DNA of 64,000 bases from positions 32,674,001 to 32,738,000 of the forward strand of contig NC_043014.1 of the NCBI RefSeq assembly GCF_006345805.1. Reading direction: 5' to 3'. This document shows positions 40,610-53,565 of the stretch, in pieces. The position numbers and the translations under genes were made by a program. The notes under the pieces were generated by a model, which was given only the letters and a program-made list of their open reading frames with translations, ran no database searches and was not told the DNA's origin. The first letter of the stretch is position 1; each line of letters opens with the position of its first letter. The stretch comes from Octopus sinensis (taxonomy: Eukaryota).

Positions 40610-40965
40610 CTACGTAGACCTCTGCCAAGCAACTCATTTCAAGATAGGATCGCAAGTAAAATTACTAATGCCACCATAGGTTACGTAGAAACTATGAACA
40701 TGTTTTCAAAGGAGATAATCAAAGAACGTAACATTGCAATACTTCATGTAAAGTAAATATAACAAATGAAAAATCCTTCAAAAAACCATAAAAATTTCTG
40801 GATCACTACCAAAATTTCATCATCTATTCCTTGTGTCATTAACAACTTTTTCTGCAAGTTTCATCAAATACTGTTCACAACGTTTTGAGTTATTTTGCAC
40901 ACAGTTGGACAGGCAGACAAACCAGCGATGATGAAAGCATAACCTCCTTCCTTGGCGGAGGTAAC
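40610..40965 (-). mobile_element. Helentron/DINE-1-like non-autonomous element
   Basis: Subterminal inverted repeats ACCTCTGCCAAG 40618-40629 and CTTGGCGGAGGT 40951-40962; minus-strand start TTACCTCCGCCAAGG...GGTTATG followed by GTTTGTCTG. Confidence 0.65.
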
Positions 40966-41389
40966 TAGACAACCTTGATTGTTTAGTACTCTTGTGGCAC
41001 AAGCAAATGTATTTATGGAATTTAGTTGGTTGATTTTTTTTGCTAACGTTACAATGGTCACTTAGCATGATGCTGGTTAAGCCTTTGATCACTTCAGTAC
41101 ATTATTTGGGAAGGGTTTTTTTCTTTTTATTGGAGATTTTTACAGTTATGAATTTTAGGCATTTGGGGAATTCAATAGGCTAATTATTTTGGCTTACATC
41201 AACAGGCCAGTTAGCTATTTTGTCTAAAGCAAGCTATTGGTCAATCCTTTGATGATGTCAGTACTACATTTGGAAGTCTTTTTGCTAATTGAAGATTTTG
41301 TCAAAGACTTCCAAACAATGCTTGTAGTTTCGAACTTTAGGCAAGAACCCATAAATGTCTGCACAATATAGATTATTTAGCCAATATAT

Positions 41390-41910
41390 ACTCTTTTACT
41401 CTTTTACTTGTTTCAGTCATTTAACTGTGGCCATGCTGGAGCACCGCCTTTAATCGAGCAACTCGACCCCGGAACTTATTCTTTTGTAAGCCCAGTACTT
41501 ATTCTATCGGTCTCTTTTGCTGAACCGCTAAGTTACGGGGACATAAACACACCAACATCGATTGTTAAGCAATGCTAGGGGGACAAACACAGATACACAA
41601 ACACACACACACGCATATATAATATATATATATATTATATATATATATATATTATACATATATACGATGGGTTCTTTCAGTTTCCGTCTACCAAATCCAC
41701 TCACAAGGCTTTGGTCGGCCCGAGGCTATAGTAGAAGAGACTTGCCCAAGGTGCCACGCAGTGGGACTGAACCCAGAACCATGTGGTTGGTAAACAAGCT
41801 ACCAACCACACAGCCACTCCTAGTGGGACTGAACCCGGAACCATGTGGTTGGTAAACAAGCTACTTACCACACAGCCACCCCTGCACCTATACACAGCCA
41901 CCCCTGCACC
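41390..41910 (-). mobile_element. SINE family A with duplicated 5' head
   Basis: AGTGGGACTGAACCC...CCACACAGCCAC occurs twice in tandem (~41760 and ~41822). Confidence 0.88.
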
Positions 41911-42544
41911 TATAATATATTTTTTTAATAAAAATATTTTCTTCATTTGTTCATATTTGGCTTCAGGCTTGAAAGAAACAAAGCCAGTATGTTCTGCACG
42001 ATGGGTAATGTTTGTGTACATGCATGGCAGAGTGTAAATGATTTGAGAGCAAAATTAGGTATAAGTGGTGTAGTGTGCAAGAGAAGAGATTGTACTAATA
42101 TGGTCATATGATGTGAATGGATAAGGACAGCTGCATAGAGAAGTGCTCTTCAAACGTTGAGCCTCACAGAGATGACAAGAGACCAAGACTTCTGGTGGTT
42201 TGTTGTGCTTGAGAAGACACATCAAGCTAAGTAAAGTTCTGGCCACCCATACATACAGGTATGCCCTCTAAGTCCTTCTCTCAGCTGAGGGCTCATGGGT
42301 GCTGGTTTCATATAAAAAGCAATCATGCTGGTGCCATGTAAAAACACCTGTGCCAGTGCCACATAAAGGCACCCATTCCAGTATCATATAAAAGGCACCC
42401 AGTACACTCTGTGAAGCGGTTGGTGTTAGGAAGAGGCATCTAGCCATAGAAACCATGTTAAAGCAGACAATTGAAACCTAAGCAGTGCTCCAGCTGGCCA
42501 GCTCTTGTCAAACTATGGTAGGAGGGCATTAAATGAGAATGATT

Positions 42545-43635
42545 TCACCTGCAGTTTCTCAGAAGAAAGATAATGTGGTAAGACTAGGAATTTGGGGATT
42601 GGTTTGTTGCACATATGGCTAAATGTTCACTCTGTCTAGTTCTGGAGTCTTGTATTTGTTGCCTATGAAAGTGAGTCTGGTTCTTAAAGTAAGTTTCAAT
42701 TTGTCCAATGTAATCTTCATTACAATCATTACATTTAATAGCACGAATTAAGTTTTGATGAGCTAGCAGAGTAATTTTTACAGTGAAGATACGTTCTGAT
42801 TTGAATTTATAGGATGTATCTTCTATGATAGTGGAGGCACATGGCCTAGTGGTGAGAGCAGTGGATTCATGGTCGAGGGATTGTGGGTTCGAATCTCAGA
42901 CCAGGTGATGTGTGTGTTTATGAGCAAAACACCTAAGCTCCACATGGCTCCAGCAGAAGGTAATGGTGAACTTCTGCTGACTCTTTCGCCACTACTTTCT
43001 CTCACTCTTTCCTCCTGCATCTTGCAGCTCATCTGCGACAGACTGGCATCCCGTCCAGGTGGAGAGCCTATACACCAAGGAAACTGGGAAACTGGCCCTT
43101 ATGAGCCAGGCATGGCTCGAGAAGGAACAAAGAAACAATCTTCTATGAAACTGATGTGGTTTCTATAGTTGGGGTGACCACACTCTTTGACTATTGGAGT
43201 TGTAGTTTTGGTAGGTAATTTGGCACTGACAATTTCTTTAAGGATTTTTGTTGTCTTTGGCTTTTAATTATTCTGAATGTGTTGAGTGTTTTTCTCATTC
43301 TTGGATTTTGCTTTAATAAGGGGATGTCTTGATGCATAATGTTGTATGTTTCTGTATTTCTTAGGGGTATATCTAAGAAGGTAGAGTATTTGGTGTACTG
43401 GAATTGCTATTTGTTCTTCATAATTCATAAAAGTCAATTGACTTGGCACATTCTGTCTCATTATCAATTAACCTAGTCAAATATTGTCTATTATGTAGTA
43501 GTTGTTTTAACTCTTGGAGTATTTTATTCTGAGTTTCAAAATTCTAAATGATAGAACCTATTCTCCAAGCTAGCTTAAATGGTATATTTATTTTGGTAAT
43601 TTTTGTGAGGCAAGTGTATAACATTATGAAGTATT
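42545..43635 (-). mobile_element. Penelope-like element relic: thumb/linker and GIY-YIG endonuclease
   Basis: KINIPF.LA.RI, KRQQKSLKKL, IVKECGHPN, then QNLIRAIKCNDCNEDYIGQI...FHRQQIQDSRTRQSEHLAICA. Confidence 0.82.
42831..43137 (+). mobile_element. tRNA-derived SINE, working family C
   Basis: TGGCCTAGTGG A box, GGTTCGAATCT B box, AAC-rich tail; 11-bp TSD ATCTTCTATGA at 42818-42828 / 43138-43148. Confidence 0.9.
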
Positions 43636-43964
43636 GTTTTGAATTCATCACTTTGTTGCATTTGAGGAAAACAGTTAGCTGCATTTATAACCATGCTTAT
43701 CCATGTGCAAGTATATTATACTTTTCAAAGGTTGATGAAATGAAATGCTGGGTTTCATTTAATATTGCATGAAGTTGCACAGTCAGTGTTTCTATTTGTT
43801 CCAGCATATTAAATGATTTGTCTACCACACCCATTACTGAAACAATCATAAGGTACCATACAGTGGAATTGAAGCTGGAACAACATAGTCATAAAGACAC
43901 TAAGCAAAGTCTATAGCCACATTACCATGTCTTTGCCTTATATATATATATGTATATATGTGAC

Positions 43965-44286
43965 TGGCATTTTGTCACTTACAACGATAAGGGTTCCAGT
44001 TGACCTGATCAATGGAACAGCCAGCTTGTGAAATTAACAGGCAAGTGGCTGAGCACTCCACAGAAATGTGTGCCCTTAATGTAGTTCTCGGGGAGATTCT
44101 GCATGACACAGAATATGACAAAGCTGGCCCTATAGAATACAGGTACAACTCACTTTTGCCAGAAGAGTAGATTGGAGCAACATGAAATAAAGTGTCTTGC
44201 TCAAGGACCCAACACACTTTTGGGGATAAAACTTATGGCCTTACAGTTGTGAGCCAAATGCCCTAAACATTAAGCCACATGCCTCC
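43965..44286 (-). mobile_element. SINE family D
   Basis: Homologous to 23625-23950. Confidence 0.8.
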
Positions 44287-44301
44287 AGAATACACACACA
44301 T

Positions 44302-44344
<43 letters not shown>

Positions 44345-44372
44345 TGTATGTATGTGTGTGTGTGTGTGTGTG

Positions 44373-44680
44373 CTTGTTGTTGTTGTTGCTTGTTCCTTCT
44401 CAAGCCATGCCTATCTCATAAGGGTCAGTTTCCCAGGCATATAGACTACCCTCCTCAATGGGGCACCAGTCCATCACAGGTGAGTTGCAAGATGCAGGAG
44501 GAAAAAGTAAGAGAAAGTTGTGGCAAAAGAGTCAGCAGAAGTTCACCATTACCTTCTGCCAGAGCTGCATGGAGCTTAGGTGTTTCGCTCAAAAAGACAC
44601 TCATTGCCCAGTCTGAGACTTGAACCCATGATCTCTTGATCATGAGTCCACTGCTCTAACCACTAGGCCAAGTGCCTCCA
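44373..44680 (-). mobile_element. SINE family C
   Basis: Reverse copy of 42831-43137 with (AAC)n tail. Confidence 0.85.
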
Positions 44681-45222
44681 CGTGTGTATGCTTGTTTGTT
44701 TGTATGTATATAAAGGGAGAGAGAGAGAAATGAAGCATCCAAAAGTTTAAAACAGGGGTCTATACGATAACTGCATATGGATCATAAGTTCAAAATACCC
44801 AGCTACAGTTTCTTTGAATTTCAGCACTAAAAACATAATTTTTTTACCATACATCAGTTCATATAGCTATCAGAGACAGTCAGCAGATCGATATAGTTGA
44901 GTCATAGACTAAATTCTCCTAATCAGTTCACCTAGCTGCCAGAAATAGGCACCAGACCACTTTGGTTCACCAATCAGCATGGTCTGCCACTCTGGCATTA
45001 GATCCACAATATACTTATGCTGAAATATTATTGCTGTGCTAAATCATACAAACTTTTATTAAGCACAGCCATCCACCATCTGGTGGATTCTCATTATATG
45101 GTCATGTTCATAGACAAGCTGTGTGTGTGAGAGTTTGTGTGTGTGTGTGTGTTAATGTGTGTGTGTATGCATATACATATATATTTATACATGCATATAC
45201 ATATATATTTATACATACATAC

Positions 45223-45261
<39 letters not shown>

Positions 45262-46204
45262 TATATATATGTATATATATATACATATACATATTTATAT
45301 ATGCATATACATATATATTTATACATGCCTATACATATATATTTATACATACATACATATGTATATATATATACATACATACATGTATATATACATATAT
45401 ATATACACACACATATGTATGTACGTATAAATATATATATATAATGCATGTATATGTATATATATATATATATATACACACATATATATATATAAATACA
45501 TACATACATGTATATCCATATATCATATACACACACATACACATATACATACAGGGACATGCACAAACACAGTTACACATACATACATCTACATATTTAT
45601 ATATGGTGCACATTTTCTTGTATCTCCCCATTAAAAAGACATAACTACTTAAAAGATGTCTGCATACAGATTTTGATAATGTGTATGTGTGAGTGTGAAA
45701 CCACATGCTTACACGTCTGTATGTTTCTGTGTAAACGTTTGATTGTGAGTATATGTATCTGTGTATGTGTATTTGTGTGTGTGTGTGCACGCGCGTGTGT
45801 GTGTATTTGTGTGTGTCTGTATGTGTGTGTTTATGCATGTGAAACTATGGCTGCAATTGCAAGTATGAAACTATCAGTGAAGATGTTTGCAAACTTATAT
45901 GCATACTTATATACAGATCAATATGTATACATGTATGTATATACATGTATATATATACATATACATACATATATATATATGAATGTATGAATCTGTATAT
46001 GTGTGTGTGCATGTGTCTATGCATGTGTGCACATGTGAGTGTGTGTGTATGTGTGTGTATCTGTGTGTGTATTTCTGTGTCTCAGTACATATGTATATAC
46101 ATGCATATACATATGTATATATATCTACATACATTCATATATACACACACACATATATAAACATACACACATATATATATGTGTGTGTGTTGTGTATATA
46201 TATA

Positions 46205-46251
<47 letters not shown>

Positions 46252-46365
46252 ATATGTAGAGAGAGAAAGACAAAGATAGACAGACATACAGACAGAAATA
46301 TACATATATACACACAAATGTAAAGATATATAGCTGCATATATGTATTCATATACATATGCATTG

Positions 46366-46401
<36 letters not shown>

Positions 46402-46782
46402 ATATACACACACGTGTGTGTGTGTGTGTGTGAATGAGTGTGTGTATGTGTGTGAGTGTGTGTGAGTGTGTGTGTTTTTGTGTGTGTGCATGCACACATG
46501 CATGTGTGTGTGTTAGTGTGTTCACTTTTCATCTAATTCCTAGATTTGCCCACCAAATCAGGAATTTGATTGTTGTGGATCTATAGAGACTGGAGGAATG
46601 AGAATCAATAGAAATGTTGACATTTCCAGGTCAGTTCTGATGTAATTCTTGTAGAATTAATCTTAGTTACAAATTACTTTTTCATCTATCAAATACAATA
46701 TTTTATAAAATGAACAGTTACACTTAATGGATTGTTATGCAGCTGTATGTGTGTGTTTGTGTGCATCACAGTGTGTGTGCAT

Positions 46783-46839
<57 letters not shown>

Positions 46840-47206
46840 TATATGCATAAAAGCACTTATATACACATACACACACACTGACACATAAACATACACGCAT
46901 GCATACATAAATATATATATATACTGTATGAGGCTTATAAGATGAATCTGAAATTTTAGCAGGCTTTCTTTTGAAAAATGCTTTTAAAAGGGTCTTTATA
47001 CTTGACATTTGTAGCTCTCCCTACCATGAGGCCATTTTAGAGGTTTATGTTTTCAAATTGTTAGGACATCCTACTATTTCCCTGTGAAAAACTTCAACTC
47101 TGTCATAAGCCACCACCACCACCCCACTACAAACACTAAAATATTCATGAATTCAAAGAGTTGTCGCATTAACTAAAATATTATAACTCATGCTTTAGTT
47201 ATTAAT

Positions 47207-47417
47207 TTCAAACTGTGGCACAAGGCCAGCAAGTTCAGGAGACAAGGTAAGTCAATTGTATTGACACCACTGCTCAAGTTGTACTTATTTTATCAACCTT
47301 CAATCGATGAAATGCAAAGTTAACCTTAGCAGAATTTGAACTCAGAACATAAAGGTAAACAAAATGATGCTAAGCCTTTTGCCTGGCATGCTAATGATTC
47401 TACTAGCTTGCTGCCTT
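47207..47417 (-). mobile_element. SINE family B, old copy
   Basis: Reverse-strand B box and central domain. Confidence 0.7.
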
Positions 47418-47879
47418 GTTTTTGTTGTTTTTTTCTGAATTAGTTATTGATATATCAAAAGCAAGATTTGACACATTAGTTAAAAAGTTCTTAGAAATAT
47501 CTATTATGGAATTTTGTCTCAAAAGTATTCTAATTATATACAGACAAATGCGGTGGAAATTTGAAATATATATTTATTGAAAATTTTTTTTAATAACATA
47601 GTATAAATTAGTTCTTGGCTAATATTATATCAAATTATATTTTCATCATCATCATACCAGTTTTAACACCCATGTTGTCATGTTTGCATGAGTTGGCTGA
47701 GTTTTATTAAGGCCAATTTTTCTATAGCCTGATGCCCTCCCTATTGCCAACCCTTACTGGTTTCCACACAAGGGAATGTTTCCCCATAGTCAGATATGTT
47801 CCTGTCGGATAGTGGAACTGAATGACATTCATTTATAATAATCACATAGTATCAAAACAAAGAGACATAAATATATATG

Positions 47880-47922
<43 letters not shown>

Positions 47923-49349
47923 ATAAATATAGCACCATCCAAGCATGACCGTTCGCCAGCCTCGTCTGGCACCTGTGTCGGTGGCACATAAAAAGCACCC
48001 ACTACACTCACGGAGTGGTTGGCGTTAGGAAGGGCATCCAGCTGTAGAAACACCACCAGATCTGACTGGCCTGGTGCAGCCTTCGGGCTTCCCAGACCCC
48101 AGCTGCACCGTCCAACCCATGCTAGCATGGAAAGCGGACGTTAAACGATGATGATGATGATGATGATACATACCAATATACATAGATACAATGAACTGCT
48201 TTCAGTTTCTGTCTACCAAATCCATTCACAAGACTTTAGTTGGCCCAGAGCTATAATAGAATACACTTGTTCACGATGCCACACAACAGGACTGAACCTG
48301 GAACCATGTGTTTGGGAACCAAACTTATTACCACACAGCCACATCTGCACTTATGTATACATACATATGTACATACATACCCATGCATGCACAAACACAC
48401 ACACACAACACACACGCGACAAGCTTCCACACAGTTTTCATCTGCCAAATTTCTTTTGTTGGTCTGAGGTTATAGTAGAAGACTAACCCAAAGTGCCATG
48501 CAGTGAGGCTGAACCTGAAAACTCATAGTTGCAAAATGAACTTCTTAACCACACCTTAGGATTTAAAAACGAAAATATTTGGGAAACAAAATTCACATCC
48601 TAAAAATGTTGAACAGCATTCTACATCATTTATTCATCAACATTCTACATCATAGAAAAGCATGATGAAGTGAAAGTTATATGTATTATTCATTATAAAC
48701 TAATAAAAATTCAAGACATGTTGCCATTTTTCTAGGCATATTGTATAATTTGTAGCCTATAGGCAGTTATGTATGCATGTCTTTTCTGAATCTCTATTTT
48801 ATTGGATTAATGGTATTCTGAACATTTTAGATATGAATGACATTTCAACCAACCAACCAATGCTAGACTGAATCTCTCAAATAAACAAATATTGTACTCT
48901 AAATTAACCTTTTAGCATTCAAACCAATTATATCTGGTCAAAATATTCTATCTGTTTTATGTTCAAAGTGGCCATATCTGGCCTCTCACACGTACCCTAC
49001 TGTGTCATTGTAAAAATAAACAATCACATCATTGAAATCTTGAAGCTATGAGATAATGCATAAATAAGCATTACATTTGACAGATTAATCTGAATATCAA
49101 AGGGTCAGACTATTTTATGCCGAAGGTTTCTATTATCATCTCTGTTCAACCAAACATAGATTGCTTTTGTTTCTAATGAGTTAAAGCTTTATGAATGTGT
49201 CTTATTTTGATGTCCACTGGCATAGGACATGAATCTAGTCACAAAATTCTTTATGTGTAAGATCAAATATTATTACTTAATGTTCCTCCTAACTGGTGTT
49301 ATTTTATATGAAGTAAGGACTACTGATTTGCTTTGTTACCTTAGAAATA

Positions 49350-49635
49350 TTCTTTTCTACTCTAGGCACAAGGCCCTAAATTTGGGGGGAGGAGGCCAGT
49401 TGATTAGACTGATCCCAGTACACAACTGGTAATCAATTTATCGATGAAAGGCAAAGTCAACCTTGGCAGAATTTGAACTCAGAATCTAAAGACAGACGAA
49501 ATACCACTATGTATGTTACCTAGTGTGCTAACGTTTCTTATTTCTTTATTGCCCACAAAGGGCTAAACATAGAGGGACAAACAAGGACAAGTAAAGAGAT
49601 TAAGTGTGCTAACGTTTCTGCCAACTCGCTGCCTT
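49350..49635 (-). mobile_element. SINE family B with a 64-bp tail-only insertion
   Basis: Insert 49539-49602 flanked by 17-bp direct repeat AGTGTGCTAACGTTTCT. Confidence 0.82.
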
Positions 49636-49890
49636 TACCTTAGAAAATATTACTATCTCAGAGAAGCAGTTTTGTAGGGAGATATTTCCATGTTGTTTTT
49701 ACTTAAGACTGCAGCACTCAAGCCAAGTAACACAAACCATGATTTGTGTTTAAGAACTGCACACTGATTTTCTGAAAAAGTACACCATTTGAGCCATCAA
49801 ATGTTGTTAATGTGAATGTGCAGAAATATATATATACATATTAAAGATGGTGTTCAGCATGGCCACTGAAACAAATAAAAGAATATATAT

Positions 49891-50290
49891 AAACCACTAT
49901 TAGGCAAATCATACAATGAAAAACTTATGCCAATACATAAGATTATTTCATTTATATTATTGGATTCAAAATTTTAGTTCATTGTTTAAACCTCACCAAG
50001 ATAAATATTTAAACCACCTGATGAATGACTGTAATTCGAAAATTTAAAGAAATTAACGGCCATGAAACGATCGTAGTGATAATTAATTATATTTTTAATA
50101 ATTTTGTATATATTTAAATAATATAAATTAAATAATCTTGTATTGGCTTAAGTTTTTCATTGTATGATTTGCCTAATAGTGGTTTTGTCTCTAATTTAAT
50201 ATAATATAATATTTTACTATAAAATTGGATTCAATCCTAAATCTGATTTTTCCCTGTAAGTTTGGATTTATTCCCTAATATTTATTATTA
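49891..50290 (+). mobile_element. non-coding Penelope-like unit with partial inverted repeat and hammerhead
   Basis: ~57-bp inverted repeat 49891-49948 / 50130-50185 brackets the hammerhead motif. Confidence 0.72.
50015..50078 (+). ncRNA. hammerhead ribozyme (type I, palindromic stem III)
   Basis: CAC-CTGATGA-ATGACTGT..ACGGCCAT-GAAA-CGATCG-TA-GTG; all core nucleotides present, ACGATCGT palindrome, GUA cleavage triplet. Confidence 0.82.
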
Positions 50291-50586
50291 TTATATATAT
50301 ATTCTTTTTTTATTTGTTTCAGTCATTTTAATCAAATGAATCGACCACAGTGCTATTTTTTTAAAAGCCTGATACTAAATTTATTAGTCTTTTTTGCCAA
50401 ACCACTAAGTTACAGGACATAAATGCACAAACACCAATGGTCAAGCAGTGGTGAAGGGCAAACACAAATGCAAAGATACACAAAGTTTAAATGTAAATAT
50501 GTGTTAATATACATACATATATATATATCACATACATGTATATATACATATATTTGTGTTTGTAAATGTACGTATGTACATATATA

Positions 50587-51007
50587 TAGGTGCAGGTATG
50601 GTTGTATGGTAAGAATCCTGCTTCTCAACCATATGATTCTGGGTTCAGTCCCACTGCATAGCACCTTGAGTAAGTTTCTTTTACTATAGCCTCAGGCTGA
50701 CCAAAGTTTTGTGAGTGAATTTGGTAGATGGAAATTGAAAGAAGCCTGTTGTATGTATATGTTTATGTGTGTGTGTGTGTATATCTGCGTTTCCCTCCGC
50801 CCCCCCCCATCGCTTGACAACTGATGATGGTGTGCTGTCATCCCCATAACTTAGCAGTTCAGCAAAAGAGACTGATAGAATAAGTACTAGGCTTACAAGG
50901 AATAAGTCCTGGGTCGATTTCTTCAACTAAAAGCTTTTTAAGAGAGTGCTGCATCATGGATGAAGTCAAATGACTGAAACAAGTAAAAGAATAAAAGAGT
51001 AAAAGAA
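50587..51007 (+). mobile_element. SINE family A
   Basis: Full-length copy with TAAAAGAG-type tail. Confidence 0.85.
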
Positions 51008-51067
51008 TATATATATATATATTTATACACACAGTCACACACACACACACATGCATATAAACATATA

Positions 51068-51283
51068 TGAGTGGATGCTGAAAAGTTCTTGGCTTTGAAT
51101 AAAAGAAAATACAGAAGGATCAGTTGATTATGGTTTTATTCAACATATTCCTCTCTCAGATACACACACTTATTGCAGTGATCCTTCAGTTTTTCTAAAC
51201 CCTATAAAAGAACTCGGAAGGCTGGTCCTCCAACCAGGCCTTTCATGAAACCCTTAAAGCCAGGAATCTTTCAGTACCCTTTG
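51068..51283 (-). mobile_element. mariner-derived MITE (~215 bp)
   Basis: TIRs GCTGAAAAGTTCTTGGCTTT / AAAGCCAGGAATCTTTCAGT; minus strand keeps AWLEDQPSEFF..LEKLKDHCNKCVYLREEYVE*. Confidence 0.8.
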
Positions 51284-51707
51284 AATGTATAGACATATAC
51301 ATACATATAAATGTATATATGTATGTATATATTAAATATATTGTTTGTGTATATTTTCACTTTTCCAAAAATAGCTTCACTAGAAGTAGTGTTATTATTG
51401 TCATTTCTCTTGTTAATAATGTTAATAAATCATTCATTGGCTTTTTCACCTTTGATGTCACATGGAAAAGCAGATTTCTTAATTGAAAGTCAGATAATGC
51501 TTAGCAACAAAAGGGTGTCCAGCTGTAAAACAATGACTCAATAATATACTTGCTTAACACATAAAAAAAATGGACATTAAAACAAATTATAGTTATTTAT
51601 TTCTTAAGAAAACTTACGAACATATTTACCTTTTCTCTGTTAAATTTTAATGATCAATAAACTGCCTTGTTTACAATTAGGAATGTCATGATCAGGCTAT
51701 CTATCTA

Positions 51708-51737
<30 letters not shown>

Positions 51738-51742
<5 letters not shown>

Positions 51743-51965
51743 CACTTTACATCATGACATTTCTGTGATACACGATCCCTATTGATCATTTTTGCGTTTC
51801 TTTTTTTCTTTTCCTTTTTTCATTTCGATATTTTTTTTCTTTCTACAATCCCTTTTCATCGAAAACCTACTCCACTTGTGTTTGTTTTCTCCCGAAAAAG
51901 AAAAGCTCTACTTTGTAATTTGTCCCGTTTGTGTCCAGCCCCGTGTGGTTAATAAAGAAACATAT
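51738..51965 (+). mobile_element. probable Tx1/L1-type LINE 3' UTR fragment
   Basis: T-rich tract ending TTGTCC..TGTGTCCAGCCCCGTGTGGTTAATAAAGAAA, similar to the 3' end at 34478-34533; TATC repeats on both sides. Confidence 0.55.
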
Positions 51966-52157
51966 CTATCTATTTATCTGCTATTAATTAAGGCTGAGTT
52001 GTAGAAGTAGTAGGGCATCAGATTTTGGTGTCATCGTTTATCTTTTATTTTTTACCTGTGTTGGCCATTGGATTGCAGCCATGCTGGGGACTCTGTCTTG
52101 AAGGCCTGGCTGGCTGGCTTCATGCTTTTGCTTGATGGGGCAGATGTTATTCTAAGT

Positions 52158-52325
52158 TATCTATCTATCTATTTATCTATTTACATATCTATTTATCTAT
52201 CTATCTATCTATTTATCTATCTACCTATCTATTTATCCATCTATCTATCTATCTATATATCTATTTATCTATCTATCTATTTATTTATCTATCTACCTAT
52301 CTATTTATCTATCTATCTGTCTGTC

Positions 52326-52380
<55 letters not shown>

Positions 52381-52452
52381 TTATCTATCTATCTAACTAT
52401 CTATCTATCTATCTACCTATCTATTTATCTATCTATCTATCTATCTATCTAA

Positions 52453-52544
<92 letters not shown>

Positions 52545-52545
52545 T
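52158..52545 (+). repeat. (TATC)n microsatellite
   Basis: Directly visible. Confidence 0.97.
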
Positions 52546-53159
52546 AAATCTATCTATTTATCGACCTATCTATCACTATTTTTATCTCAATCTCTCACTC
52601 AATACATAAGTAACCTACATGACTCACAGGCGTTGTCCACTTCAGTTTAACTCCATTCAATCATTTCAGAAAATAATTTAATGATTATTTTCTTACAGCC
52701 ATTTTAAGATAAATTTTATTATTGAACAGTTTGTCATGAACGAAGAACATGTACAAGAGGATCTCACAGGCATCTCAATTATGAAAACATTAAATTCATT
52801 AAAATTATTTTACGTACAGACATTGTTTGATTGTCAGAATTTCCTGTCTGTCCTTTGTTATATATAATATTGCATACAAAGATAAGGCAGTAAGCTTGCT
52901 GAAGCATTAGCATGCCAAACAAAATGCTTAGTGGTATGTCATCCATTTTTACATTCTGAGTTTAAATTCTGAGAAGGTCAACCTTGCCTTTCATCCTTTT
53001 GGGGTCAATAAAGCAAGTTCCAGTTGAACATTGGGGTTGATAAAATAAGTACTAGTTGAGCACTGTGGTTAATGTAATCAACTTACCACCTCTTTTAATC
53101 TTTTACTATATATATATATATATATATACATACATACTTGTATAGGTATGTAGCTTTGT

Positions 53160-53565
53160 TTTCTTTTATTCTTTTATTTGTTTCAGTCATTTGACTGCAG
53201 CCATACTGGAGCACCACCTTTAGTCAAGGAAATCTACCCCAGGACTTATTCTTTGTAAGCCTAGTAGTTATTCTATCGGTCACTTTTGCCGAACCGCTAA
53301 GTTATGGGGGACGTAAACACACCAGCATCAGTTGTCAAGTGATGTTGGGGTGAGGGGGACAAAAACAGACACACATATATACAACAGGCTTTTTTCAGTT
53401 TCCATCTACCAAATCCACTCACAAGGCATTGGTCGGCCCAAGGCTATAGTGGAAGACACTTGCCCAAGGTGCCACGCAATGGGACTGAACCTGGAACCAT
53501 GTGGTTCATAAGCAAGCTACTTACCACATAGCCACCTCTATGCCTATACACAACCACTCCTATGC
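53160..53565 (-). mobile_element. SINE family A
   Basis: Full-length reverse copy. Confidence 0.85.

Noticed and set aside
41040-41380. Possible very old LINE RT fragment on the minus strand
   Set aside because: Too many stops and frameshifts to identify a motif.
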